Positions 9,494 through 19,111 of a DNA stretch of 38,658 nt are shown here, piece after piece; position 1 is the stretch's first letter, and the number at the start of each line of letters is the position of its first letter. Source of the stretch: a virus. A program made the position numbers and the translations under genes. Under the pieces are notes generated by a model. The model worked only from the letters and a program-made list of their open reading frames with translations. It ran no database searches and was not told the origin of the DNA. Location: UHGV virus genome UHGV-0206453. One strand, 5' to 3'.

Positions 9494-10113
9494 GACTCGA
9501 AAGCGTAGCTAAATTTCACTCGCCAAAAAGCCCGATGATGAGCGACTCACCACGGGCTACGGCTTCTGACTCTCTTTCCGGTACTGATGTGATGGCTGCT
9601 ATGGGGATGGCGCAATCACAAGCCGGATTCGGAATGGCTGCATTCTGTGGTAAGCATGAACTCATCCAGAACGACAAACAAAAGGCTATCAACTATCTGA
9701 TGCAATTTGCACACAAGGTATCGGGGAAATACCGTGGTGTGGCAAAGCTCGAAGGAAATACTAAGGCAAAGGTACTGCAAGTGCTCGCAACATTCGCTTA
9801 TGCGGATTATTGCCGTAGTGCCGCGACGCCTGGCGCAAGATGCAGAGATTGTCACGGTACAGGCCGTGCGGTTGATATAGCAAAAACAGAGCAGTGGGGG
9901 AGAGTTGTTGAGAAAGAATGCGGAAGATGCAAAGGTGTCGGCTATTCAAGGATGCCAGCAAGCGCCGCATATCGCGCTGTGACGATGCTAATCCCAAACC
10001 TTACTCAACCCACCTGGTCACGCACTGTTAAGCCGCTGTATGACGCTCTGGTGGTGCAATGCCACAAAGAAGAGTCAATCGCAGACAACATTTTGAATGC
10101 GGTCACACGTTAG
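9490..10113 (+). CDS. Q: late antiterminator Q (lambda type)
   Basis: 207 aa; near-identical to lambda Q as remembered (MRLESVAKFHSPKSPMMSDSPRATASD...). Confidence 0.95.
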   Translation: MRLESVAKFHSPKSPMMSDSPRATASDSLSGTDVMAAMGMAQSQAGFGMAAFCGKHELIQNDKQKAINYLMQFAHKVSGKYRGVAKLEGNTKAKVLQVLATFAYADYCRSAATPGARCRDCHGTGRAVDIAKTEQWGRVVEKECGRCKGVGYSRMPASAAYRAVTMLIPNLTQPTWSRTVKPLYDALVVQCHKEESIADNILNAVTR

Positions 10114-10155
10114 CGGCATGATTGCCACGGATGGCAACATCTTTACGGCATGATA

Positions 10156-10193
10156 TTGACTTTTTGAATAAAGTTGGGTAAATTTGACCCAAG
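10156..10193 (+). promoter_or_regulatory. late promoter pR' with Q-utilisation region
   Basis: -35 TTGACT, 18-bp spacer, -10 TAAATT, identical to lambda pR' core; homology to lambda breaks a few bases after the start site. Confidence 0.75.
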
Positions 10194-10384
10194 AATGGCA
10201 GATTTATATCCGTTCACATTCTTTCATCTTTTACCCACCTCATCTTTAAGTTCTAAGCGCACTGACATGCGCATCATAAACTCGAGAGCACATAGGAATA
10301 GAGCCTGAGAAATATCGCTTTTGGCGACTTCTCTCGTGGTGATATTTCTATGTCAGCAGGCTCTAATATCTATGTGGTTCGCCT

Positions 10385-10876
10385 ATGTTAAAACGTGAAG
10401 ATGCATTGAGACTTTTTAATTACAATCCAGATACTGGAATTCTTACATGGAAGAATCCACCTCGGTCCTCTAGATTTATCTATGGCGCTGTTGTTGGCTA
10501 TAAAACAAATGGATATCTGCAGGTAAAACTTTATGGAATGCGGCTATATGTCCATAGAATTGCATGGCTGATGGTTTACAATGATTGGCCAACCGATGTG
10601 ATTGACCATATTAATGGTGATAGGTCTGATAACCGGATAGCCAATCTTCGTGTTGTTACTAACACTCAAAACTCATGGAACAGCAAGATGAGGAAAAATA
10701 ATTCATCTGGTGTGAAGGGGGTGACTTTTAATTCTGCTGCAAACAAGTGGGTTGGAAGAATTAGGGTCAATGGTAAAAGGATTCATGTAGGGTGTTTTGA
10801 CGATATCGAGGAGGCTAGAAAGGCAATGGAAAATGCCAGGATAAAATATCATGGTGAATTCTCCAGTATGGGATAG
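10385..10876 (+). CDS. HNH endonuclease with C-terminal AP2-type DNA-binding domain
   Basis: 163 aa; HNH core HRIAWLMVYNDWPTDVIDHINGDRSDNRIANL; AP2-like SGVKGVTFNSAANKWVGRIRVNGKRIHVGCFDDIEEA. Confidence 0.85.
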   Translation: MLKREDALRLFNYNPDTGILTWKNPPRSSRFIYGAVVGYKTNGYLQVKLYGMRLYVHRIAWLMVYNDWPTDVIDHINGDRSDNRIANLRVVTNTQNSWNSKMRKNNSSGVKGVTFNSAANKWVGRIRVNGKRIHVGCFDDIEEARKAMENARIKYHGEFSSMG

Positions 10877-11009
10877 ATGGGTTAATTCGCTCGTTGTGGT
10901 AGTGAGATAAAAAGAGGCGGCGCTTACTACCGATTCCGCCTAGTTGGTCACTTCGACGTATCGTCTGGAACTCCAACCATCGCAGGCTGAGAGGTCTGTA
11001 AAATGCAAT

Positions 11010-11067
11010 CCCGAAACAGTTCGCAGGTAATAGTTAGAGCCTGCATAACGGTTTCGGGATTTTTTAT
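11010..11067 (+). terminator. tR' (6S RNA) terminator
   Basis: CCCGAAAC...GTTTCGGG hairpin followed by ATTTTTTAT, same sequence as lambda tR'. Confidence 0.8.
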
Positions 11068-11472
11068 ATCTGCACAGCAGGTAAGAGCATTGAGTCGATA
11101 ATCGTGAAGAGTCGGCGAGCCTGGTTAGCCAGTGCTCTTTCCGTTGTGCTGAATTAAGCGAATACCGGAAGCAGAACCGGATCACCAAATGCGTACAGGC
11201 GTCATCGCCGCCCAGCAACAGCACAACCCAAACTGAGCCGTAGCCACTGGCTATCCTGAATTCATCAGTGATAGTTACGCTGCGGACTTCTACACATGAC
11301 CTCGTGAAAGCGGGTGGCATGAGGTTGCGCTAACAACCTCCTGCCGTTTTGCCCGTGCATATCGGTCACGAACAAATCTGATTACTAAACACAGTAGCCT
11401 GGATTTGTTCTATCAGTAATCGACCATATTCCTAATTAAATAGAGCAAATCCCCTCAATGAAGGGGTAGAGC

Positions 11473-11676
11473 ATGTACCGTATGGACAAAATCAGAGAAT
11501 GGTTCAGTTACAGCTTCGGAGGACTGACTGCGATGGGTGGCATTCTCTCCCTGAATGACTGGGCTGTCATCATTGGTATTCTTTGTACTGTCGGCACATT
11601 TGGCATCAACTGGTACTACAAGCGCAAAGAGCGCGAGGACAGATTGAATGGCAATGTCACCGGCACTACGAAATAG
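11473..11676 (+). CDS. class II holin with dual-start motif
   Basis: 67 aa; MYRMDK dual Met start, two predicted TM segments, charged C-terminus; immediately precedes endolysin. Confidence 0.7.
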   Translation: MYRMDKIREWFSYSFGGLTAMGGILSLNDWAVIIGILCTVGTFGINWYYKRKEREDRLNGNVTGTTK

Positions 11677-11918
11677 CGTAATAGCGGCGATAAGTGGCGG
11701 GGCTATTGCTATAGCATCAGTGTTAATCACTGGCCCAAGTGGTAACGATGGTCTGGAAGGTGTCAGCTACATACCATACAAAGATATTGTTGGTGTATGG
11801 ACTGTATGTCACGGGCATACAGGAAAATAGACTGGCCCCCTGAATCTCCAGACAACCAATATCACTTATTTAAGTGATAGTCTTAATACTAGTTTTTAGA
11901 CTAGTCATTGGAGAGCAG

Positions 11919-12284
11919 ATGATTGATGTCTTAGGACCGGAGAAACGCAGACGGCGTACTACACAGGAAAAGATCGCTATTGTTCAGCAGAGTTTTGAAC
12001 CGGGAATGACAGTCTCCCTTGTTGCCCGGCAACACGGTGTGGCAGCCAGCCAGTTATTTCTCTGGCGCAAGCAATACCAGGAGGGAAGTCTTACTGCTGT
12101 GGCCGCAGGAGAACAGGTCGTTCCTGCCTCTGAACTTGCTGCCGCCATGAAGCAGATTAAAGAACTCCAGCGCCTGCTCGGCAAAAAAACGATGGAAAAT
12201 GAACTCCTTAAAGAAGCCGTTGAATATGGGCGTGCAAAAAAGTGGATAGCGCACGCGCCCTTATTGCCCGGGGATGGGGAGTAA
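11919..12284 (+). CDS. insC: IS2 transposase OrfA (InsC)
   Basis: [53 protein letters not shown]... matches IS2 InsC. Confidence 0.9.
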
Positions 12285-13147
12285 GCTTAGTCAGCCGTTG
12301 TCTCCGGGTGTCGCGTGCGCAGTTGCACGTCATTCTCAGACGAACCGATGACTGGAAAGATGGTCGCCGCAGCCGTCACTCAGATGATACGGATGTGCTT
12401 CTCCGTATACACCATGTTATCGGAGAGCTGCCCACATATGGTTATCGTCGGGTATGGGCGCTGCTTCGCAGACAGGCCGAACTTGATGGTATGCCTGCGA
12501 TCAATGCCAAACGTATTTACCGGATCATGCGCCAGAATGCGCTGTTGCTTGAGCGAAAACCCGCTGTACCGCCATCGAAACGGGCACATACCGGCAGAGT
12601 GGCTGTGAAAGAAAGTAATCAGCGATGGTGCTCTGACGGGTTCGAGTTCCGCTGTGATAACGGAGAAAAACTGCGAGTCACGTTCGCGCTGGACTGCTGT
12701 GACCGTGAGGCACTGCACTGGGCGGTCACTACGGGCGGCTTCAACAGTGAAACAGTACAGGACGTCATGCTGGGAGCGGTGGAACGCCGTTTCGGCAACG
12801 AGCTTCCGGCGTCTCCAGTAGAGTGGCTGACGGATAATGGTTCATGCTACCGGGCTAATGAAACACGGCAGTTTGCCCGGATGTTGGGGCTTGAACCGAA
12901 GAACACGGCGGTGCGGAGTCCGGAGAGTAACGGCATAGCAGAGAGCTTCGTGAAAACGATAAAGCGTGACTACATCAGTGTCATGCCCAAACCAGACGGG
13001 TTAACGGCAGCAAAGAACCTTGCAGAGGCATTCGAGCATTATAACGAATGGCATCCGCATAGTGCACTGGGTTATCGCTCGCCACGGGAATATCTACGGC
13101 AGCAAGCCAGTAATGGGTTAAGTGATAACAGGTGTCTGGAAATATAG
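12242..13147 (+). CDS. insD: IS2 transposase OrfB (InsD), expressed as InsCD via -1 frameshift
   Basis: 301-aa ORF overlapping insC in -1 frame; DDE integrase-type sequence matching IS2 InsD. Confidence 0.9.
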
Positions 13148-13483
13148 GGGCAAATCCAGAAAAGACATCATGCTCGGTAAAACGTATACCAAAGCAGAAT
13201 GCAAAACACTCTTGAATAAAGACCTTGCCACGGTCGCCAGACAAATTAACCCGTACATCAAAGTCGATATACCGGAAACAACGCGCGGCGCTCTTTACTC
13301 ATTCGTTTACAACGTGGGTGCTGGCAATTTCAGAACATCGACGCTTCTTCGCAAAATAAACCAGGGCGATATCAAAGGCGCATGTGATCAGCTACGTCGC
13401 TGGACATACGCTGGCGGTAAGCAATGGAAAGGGCTGATGACTCGCCGTGAGATTGAGCGTGAAGTCTGTTTGTGGGGGCAACA

Positions 13484-13921
13484 ATGAGCAGAGTAACCGC
13501 GATTATCTCCGCTCTGGTTATCTGCATCATCGTCTGTCTGTCATGGGCTGTTAATCATTACCGTGATAACGCCATCGCCTACAAAGAGCAACGTGATAAA
13601 GCCACATCCACAATCGCTGACATGCAGAAGCGTCAACGTGATGTAGCAGAACTTGACGCCAGATACACAAAGGAGCTTGCTGATGCTAACGCGACTATCG
13701 AAAGTCTCCGTGCTGATGTTTCTGCTGGTCGTAAGCGCCTGCAAGTCGCCGCCACCTGTGCAAAGTCAACGACCGGAGCCAGCGGCATGGGCAATGGAGA
13801 AAGCCCAAGACTTACAGCAGATGCTGAACTCAATTATTACCGTCTCCGAAGTGGAATCGACAGGATAACCGCTCAGGTTAACTACCTGCAGGAATACATC
13901 AGGACGCAATGCCTTCGATGA
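13484..13921 (+). CDS. Rz: i-spanin Rz
   Basis: ATG overlaps endolysin stop; [31 protein letters not shown]... matches lambda Rz. Confidence 0.85.
   Translation: MSRVTAIISALVICIIVCLSWAVNHYRDNAIAYKEQRDKATSTIADMQKRQRDVAELDARYTKELADANATIESLRADVSAGRKRLQVAATCAKSTTGASGMGNGESPRLTADAELNYYRLRSGIDRITAQVNYLQEYIRTQCLR
13683..13868 (+). CDS. Rz1: o-spanin Rz1 (lipoprotein) embedded in +1 frame of Rz
   Basis: Within ORF 13653..13868; signal peptide ending in lipobox LVVSAC, proline-rich mature part. Confidence 0.75.
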   Translation: MLTRLSKVSVLMFLLVVSACKSPPPVQSQRPEPAAWAMEKAQDLQQMLNSIITVSEVESTG

Positions 13922-14357
13922 TAGCGATAATTTTACTCATCATCCTTCACATCTGGCTCTGTAGACAGGGTGATGATCACTTCTGGAGTGAATCCAGATT
14001 AAACATCTCATTGCTGATGCTTGATATTGAGCATCTGGCGCGCGGTAAGGGGCTGCGTTGAGATAAGAGCCAGTTCATTACAAAGCCTATCTACGGGTGG
14101 GCTTGATAATGAAACCGGAATTTATTCTGGGCAACCAGTTACGGCAGTACAGCGAAACAACCAAAGCCAGTAAGTGGGGAAATAACACTGGCAGCCACTG
14201 AAAGATGAACCTCCTGCCTTATGGCAAAAAAGATTCTTTGTAGTGGCGGACTGATGGAAAGACATCGGATAGAATAAAACAGTGGCTAGGGTAGCTCCCG
14301 AAAAGCGGAATCGTCACCGCCAGCCACTGAATCTATGACGAACAACTAGACGAGGTT

Positions 14358-14576
14358 GTGATGGATGATAACGGAAACCAATGGATCAATGTTGAACACC
14401 GGCTACCAGAAAGCAAAGAAGGGATGTGGTCTAAAGAGGTTATAGCTCTTACTGATACTGGTGACGTGTTCAAACTATCATGTATGGGCTCTTACTGGCA
14501 GAGAACCAAGGCATTCATCGATTCAGGAGCAAGCAAGGTTACACACTGGATGCCGCTTAATTACCCAGATGATTAA
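14358..14576 (+). CDS. DUF551-like phage protein
   Basis: 72 aa; WINVEHRLPE ... THWMPL motifs. Confidence 0.6.
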   Translation: MMDDNGNQWINVEHRLPESKEGMWSKEVIALTDTGDVFKLSCMGSYWQRTKAFIDSGASKVTHWMPLNYPDD

Positions 14577-14593
14577 AACGGATGAAAAATGAA

Positions 14594-14618
14594 AGGTCGC
14601 TCAGGCGGCCTTTTTTAT
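14594..14618 (+). terminator. rho-independent terminator
   Basis: Imperfect GC hairpin (AGGTCGC/GCGGCCT) followed by TTTTTTATT. Confidence 0.5.
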
Positions 14619-14723
14619 TGCCATCACAAAAGCCATTCCCTACAGAGTGGCTTTGATAATGGCTTATACCCTACACGGGTTAACTTAACTGATATCCCTT
14701 TTAACGGATAAACGGAGCCAACA

Positions 14724-14873
14724 ATGGCAGAGATTATTCCTATGACTGAAGAACAGAAATTCCAGTTAGAGATTTACAAACTGGTCATGAACCAGAACGC
14801 AGCCGCAGAGGAAGCATTTCAGTTCATTGGCACTGACGAGCTGAAGCTTGAGCTATTCAAAATTCACTTCTAG
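14724..14873 (+). CDS. hypothetical small protein (49 aa)
   Basis: Hand-translated ORF MAEIIPMTEEQKFQLEIYKLVMNQ... with GGAG RBS; in-frame TAG followed by 30 more sense codons. Confidence 0.4.
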   Translation: MAEIIPMTEEQKFQLEIYKLVMNQNAAAEEAFQFIGTDELKLELFKIHF

Positions 14874-14968
14874 TCAGGTGGCGCTAATTCAGATATCACG
14901 ACCCGAACTATCGAAGCGGTGCGTAAATCGAAGGAAGCGTTAGACCTGTTCACTACCGGAGCATAAAC

Positions 14969-15409
14969 ATGGCGCGCCCAACAAAGTATCAAGAGGCGTA
15001 CGCCGAACAGGCACGCAAACTGTGCTTGCTGGGCTACACCGATGCAGAGCTTGCTGATTTCTTCGAAGTCAGTGAGTCAACTATTAACAAGTGGAAGCTT
15101 GATTATCCTAAGTTTTCGGAGTCCATAAAAAAGGGTAAGGCCGTCGCTGATGCAGAAGTTAGTGATCGTCTTTATCAACGCGCTATGGGCTTCGTGGCTC
15201 CAGACATCGATATTCGTGTTATTGAAAACAGAATTGTCGAAACTCCGCTTGAGAAGTATTACCCGCCTGATACAACCGCTGCCATCTTCTGGCTTAAGAA
15301 CCGACAGAAGGATAAATGGCGCGACAAGGTTGATCACGAGCTAACAGGCAAAGACGGCGGCGCAATCCAGATTGAAACATCACCGATGAGCACTCTATTC
15401 GGAAAATGA
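14969..15409 (+). CDS. terminase small subunit
   Basis: 146 aa; HTH-like N-terminus, GGAG RBS, immediately upstream of and overlapping large terminase. Confidence 0.8.
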   Translation: MARPTKYQEAYAEQARKLCLLGYTDAELADFFEVSESTINKWKLDYPKFSESIKKGKAVADAEVSDRLYQRAMGFVAPDIDIRVIENRIVETPLEKYYPPDTTAAIFWLKNRQKDKWRDKVDHELTGKDGGAIQIETSPMSTLFGK

Positions 15410-16821
15410 CCTCGATTAATCCTATCTTTGAACCGTTCATTGAGGCGCATCGCTACAAAGTCGCCAAAGGCGGTCGAGGTAGCGGTAAATCATGGGCAAT
15501 TGCGAGACTGCTTGTTGAAGCGGCGCGTCGGCAGCCGGTGCGTATTCTCTGCGCTCGTGAACTGCAAAACAGTATCAGCGATTCGGTAATCCGGTTGCTT
15601 GAAGACACCATAGAGCGGGAAGGGTATTCGGCTGAGTTTGAAATTCAGCGTTCAATGATTCGTCATCTCGGAACGAATGCTGAATTCATGTTCTACGGCA
15701 TCAAAAACAACCCGACGAAGATTAAATCGCTCGAAGGCATTGATATCTGCTGGGTGGAGGAAGCGGAAGCGGTAACGAAGGAATCATGGGATATCCTGAT
15801 ACCAACCATCCGCAAGCCATTTTCCGAAATATGGGTGAGCTTCAACCCGAAAAACATCCTCGACGATACCTATCAGCGATTCGTAGTAAACCCTCCCGAT
15901 GATATTTGTCTGCTGACGGTGAACTACACCGACAACCCGCACTTTCCTGAAGTTCTCCGTCTGGAGATGGAAGAGTGTAAACGCAGAAACCCGACACTGT
16001 ATCGTCACATCTGGCTTGGTGAGCCGGTAAGCGCAAGTGATATGGCAATCATCAAACGTGAATGGCTTGAAGCTGCAACCGATGCGCACAAGAAACTCGG
16101 ATGGAAAGCGAAAGGCGCTGTTGTTTCTGCACATGACCCGTCAGATACAGGGCCAGATGCTAAAGGTTACGCATCGCGCCACGGTTCGGTAGTTAAGCGC
16201 ATTGCCGAAGGTCTGCTGATGGACATCAACGATGGTGCTGACTGGGCTACTTCGCTGGCGATTGAAGACGGCGCTGACCACTACCTGTGGGATGGTGATG
16301 GTGTTGGTGCTGGGCTACGCAGACAGACAACGGAAGCGTTCTCCGGCAAGAAAATCACCGCCACGATGTTCAAGGGCAGCGAATCGCCATTCGATGAAGA
16401 TGCGCCGTATCAGGCCGGAGCATGGGCTGATGAAGTCGTACAGGGTGACAACGTTCGCACTATTGGCGATGTGTTCCGCAATAAGCGAGCGCAATTCTAT
16501 TACGCACTGGCTGACAGGCTGTATCTGACATATCGGGCGGTTGTTCACGGTGAGTATGCAGACCCCGACGACATGCTGAGCTTCGATAAAGAAGCAATAG
16601 GCGAGAAGATGCTGGAGAAGCTGTTTGCAGAACTTACGCAGATTCAGCGCAAATTCAATAACAACGGGAAGCTGGAGCTAATGACTAAGGTCGAAATGAA
16701 GCAGAAGCTCGGTATTCCATCTCCTAACCTGGCTGATGCGTTGATGATGTGTATGCATTGCCCGGAGTCGGCTGCGCAACCCGACTATTCCAGTTACTCA
16801 ATTCCTTGTGGTGTAGGTTGA
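15406..16821 (+). CDS. terminase large subunit (ATPase/nuclease)
   Basis: 471 aa; Walker A KGGRGSGKS, Walker B ICWVEEAE, nuclease-domain acidic residues. Confidence 0.9.
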   Translation: MTSINPIFEPFIEAHRYKVAKGGRGSGKSWAIARLLVEAARRQPVRILCARELQNSISDSVIRLLEDTIEREGYSAEFEIQRSMIRHLGTNAEFMFYGIKNNPTKIKSLEGIDICWVEEAEAVTKESWDILIPTIRKPFSEIWVSFNPKNILDDTYQRFVVNPPDDICLLTVNYTDNPHFPEVLRLEMEECKRRNPTLYRHIWLGEPVSASDMAIIKREWLEAATDAHKKLGWKAKGAVVSAHDPSDTGPDAKGYASRHGSVVKRIAEGLLMDINDGADWATSLAIEDGADHYLWDGDGVGAGLRRQTTEAFSGKKITATMFKGSESPFDEDAPYQAGAWADEVVQGDNVRTIGDVFRNKRAQFYYALADRLYLTYRAVVHGEYADPDDMLSFDKEAIGEKMLEKLFAELTQIQRKFNNNGKLELMTKVEMKQKLGIPSPNLADALMMCMHCPESAAQPDYSSYSIPCGVG

Positions 16822-16822
16822 T

Positions 16823-19021
16823 ATGGCAGAAAAAAAGATGACTGACTGGCATCGCAAGGTGCTGTGCAACTTTGATAATGCCTGGTCAGCAACGCAGGAT
16901 ATGCGTGAGCAGATTATTGAGGCTCAACGTTTCGTCAGGGTGTCCGGCGCACAGTGGGAAGGCAGCACAAACGCTGGTTACTCATTTGATGAAGGCAGGT
17001 TTGAGCATTATCCGCGTTTTGAACTGAATAAGATTGCCCGTGAATGTGATCGCATCATTGGCGAGTATCGACAGAATCGCATCAGCGTTAAATTCAGGCC
17101 GAAGGACGATAAGGCATCGGAAGCGTTAGCCGAAAAGATGAACGGCAAATTCCGCGCTGACTATCAGGAAACATCCGGTGGCGAAGCGTGTGATAACGCA
17201 TTTGATGATGCTGTAACGGGCGGATTCGGTTGTTTCCGCATGTGTGCCGATTACGAAGATGAAATGGATCCGAGTAACGAGCAGCGCCGCATCAGCCTTC
17301 TTCCTGTTTACGACCCAGCGACATGCGTCTTCTTCGATCAGGACAGCAAGCAATATGACCGCTCTGATGCTATGTGGGCTATGGAAATGTTCTCCATGAC
17401 GCCTAAAGCGTTCGAGGCTGAATACCCTGATTCCATCGCGGCAAGCCTTTCTCGTGATGACACTGGCACTCAATATGACTGGTCAACGCCTGATGCCATC
17501 TATGTTGGACGCTACTACGAAGTTCGCATAGAGAAGGTGAAGCTCACAGCATGGCGTAACCCTGTTAGCGGAGAAACGGCAATCTATGATGAAGAGCAAA
17601 TCAAAGATATTGTTGACGAGCTAACCGATGGTGCATTCGAGCTGATCGGTGAGAGGACAGTGAAGAAACGCAGAGTTTATTGCGGTCTTCTGTCTGGCGC
17701 TGAATGGCTGGAAGAACCGAAGCGTATTCCGGGTGAACATATTCCTCTCATCCCGGTATATGGGCGTCGCTCATTTGTTGATAATCAGGAGCGAATCGAA
17801 GGCCACGCAGCAAAAGCGATGGATGCACAGCGTCTTGAGAACCTGATGGTTTCCATGATTGCAGATAACGCTACTCAGGCTGGCGGTGATGGCATTCCTA
17901 TCGTGGATGTTGATTTCATTCCCGGCCCATTAATGAATCACTGGGCAGAGAGGAATAAGAAAAGACCTGCAGTTCTTCCCATGACCAGCAAGAAGGACAA
18001 AAACGGAACGGTCATTTCAGAGGCTCAGGTTGCTGGCTGGACACCTCCGACACAAATGCCTCCTGCTCTTGCCGGGCTATTGCAGTACACCGGAACGGCT
18101 ATTCAGCAAATTACAGGTGCGTCGCAGCTTGAGAACATGCCGAGCAACGTCGCTACCGATACCGTTGATAGCATCTTTAACCGGATGGACACGCAGTCCT
18201 ATATCTACATGGACAACATGGCTAAATCCATGCGCCGTGCTGGCGTCGTGTGGCTTTCTATGGCTCGTGAAGTCTATGGCAGTGATACGCCGATGCGTAT
18301 CGTTAATGAGGACGGCAGCGATGACGTGGCGCTGATGACTGGTGAAGTGGTTGACCGTCAGACAGGGCAGGTTATCGCGCTTAATGACCTTTCGCAGGGT
18401 AACTATGAAGTGACTGTCGATGTTGGCCAGTCGTTCGCTACTCGCCGTGATGCAACGGTTAAGTCGTTACTTTCCATGCTGGCACTTATCCCACCAGGGA
18501 CTCCGAAGCACGACCTTGTATCGTCGATGATTCTCGACAATATGGACGGCGAAGGGATGGACGACCTGAAAGAATACAACCGCAATCAGTTGCTTCTGTC
18601 TGGCGTTATCAAGCCGAGAACGCCTGAAGAACAGCAAATGGTTGAGCAGGCGAAACAACAACAGGACAGTCAGCCAGATCCGGCTATGGTTGCTGCGCAA
18701 GGTCAGCTTCTTGCTGGTCAGGCTGAATTGCAGAAAGCGCAGAACGAACAAGCAGCCATTCAGGTTAAAGCATTCCAGGCACAGACGGATGCTCAGGTTG
18801 CTGCGGCAAATGTTGTGAAAATCCTCGCATCTGCCGATAGCCAGCAAAAATCTGATATCCGTGAGGCGCTGAAACTGCTCGGACAGTTCCAGCAACAGCA
18901 AGGAGATAATGCCCGTGCTGATGCAGAGCTTGTCCTGAAAAGTCAGGCACAGGGCCATGCGCAGCGCATGGACATCAGCAGCATCCTGCAAAAATCAACT
19001 CAGCAACAACCACAGCAGTAA
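16823..19021 (+). CDS. portal protein (P22 gp1 family)
   Basis: 732 aa; C-terminal segment PDPAMVAAQGQLLAGQAELQKAQNEQ mirrors P22 portal barrel region. Confidence 0.9.
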   Translation: MAEKKMTDWHRKVLCNFDNAWSATQDMREQIIEAQRFVRVSGAQWEGSTNAGYSFDEGRFEHYPRFELNKIARECDRIIGEYRQNRISVKFRPKDDKASEALAEKMNGKFRADYQETSGGEACDNAFDDAVTGGFGCFRMCADYEDEMDPSNEQRRISLLPVYDPATCVFFDQDSKQYDRSDAMWAMEMFSMTPKAFEAEYPDSIAASLSRDDTGTQYDWSTPDAIYVGRYYEVRIEKVKLTAWRNPVSGETAIYDEEQIKDIVDELTDGAFELIGERTVKKRRVYCGLLSGAEWLEEPKRIPGEHIPLIPVYGRRSFVDNQERIEGHAAKAMDAQRLENLMVSMIADNATQAGGDGIPIVDVDFIPGPLMNHWAERNKKRPAVLPMTSKKDKNGTVISEAQVAGWTPPTQMPPALAGLLQYTGTAIQQITGASQLENMPSNVATDTVDSIFNRMDTQSYIYMDNMAKSMRRAGVVWLSMAREVYGSDTPMRIVNEDGSDDVALMTGEVVDRQTGQVIALNDLSQGNYEVTVDVGQSFATRRDATVKSLLSMLALIPPGTPKHDLVSSMILDNMDGEGMDDLKEYNRNQLLLSGVIKPRTPEEQQMVEQAKQQQDSQPDPAMVAAQGQLLAGQAELQKAQNEQAAIQVKAFQAQTDAQVAAANVVKILASADSQQKSDIREALKLLGQFQQQQGDNARADAELVLKSQAQGHAQRMDISSILQKSTQQQPQQ

Positions 19022-19111
19022 TTAACCCATAACGTGCAATGGCTGTCTTTATGAGGCCTGGCACCCTATTGCCTTCCGATGGGCTGAACATCGAGTAAAC
19101 AGGGGTAACAA

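Larger units (their letters stand above)
11828..13158 (+). mobile_element. IS2 (IS3 family), 1331 bp, flanked by 5-bp target duplication GAAAA
   Basis: Ends TAGACTGGCCCCCTGAATCTCC... and ...GGGGCAAATCCA; GAAAA at 11823-11827 and 13159-13163; insC/insD ORFs inside. Confidence 0.95.
11648..13487 (+). pseudogene. SAR endolysin (phage 21 R-type lysozyme) interrupted by IS2
   Basis: N-terminal 60 codons (SAR segment [16 protein letters not shown], ...CHGHTGK) at 11648-11827; remainder ([14 protein letters not shown]...WGQQ) at 13164-13487 in ORF 13122..13487; IS2 lies between and supplies the TAG stop. Confidence 0.9.

Noticed and set aside
10257-10272. GCGCA-ctgaca-TGCGC hairpin in the HNH leader as a possible terminator
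   Set aside because: No downstream U-tract; more likely part of a structured leader than an intrinsic terminator.
12380-12718. Minus-strand 112-aa ORF inside IS2
   Set aside because: Antisense to insD within a well-characterised insertion sequence; not a known IS2 gene.
13922-14357. Roughly 430-bp stretch with no ORF of 60 aa or more between Rz and the DUF551-like gene, checked for cos or bor-like features
   Set aside because: No lambda cos or bor similarity; only a 30-codon ORF without an RBS. P22-type headful packaging needs no cos; left as unannotated intergenic DNA.
17126-18991. Minus-strand ORFs of 115, 174 and 61 aa inside the portal gene
   Set aside because: Fully antisense to a strongly supported 732-aa portal gene, with no RBS; typical shadow ORFs.
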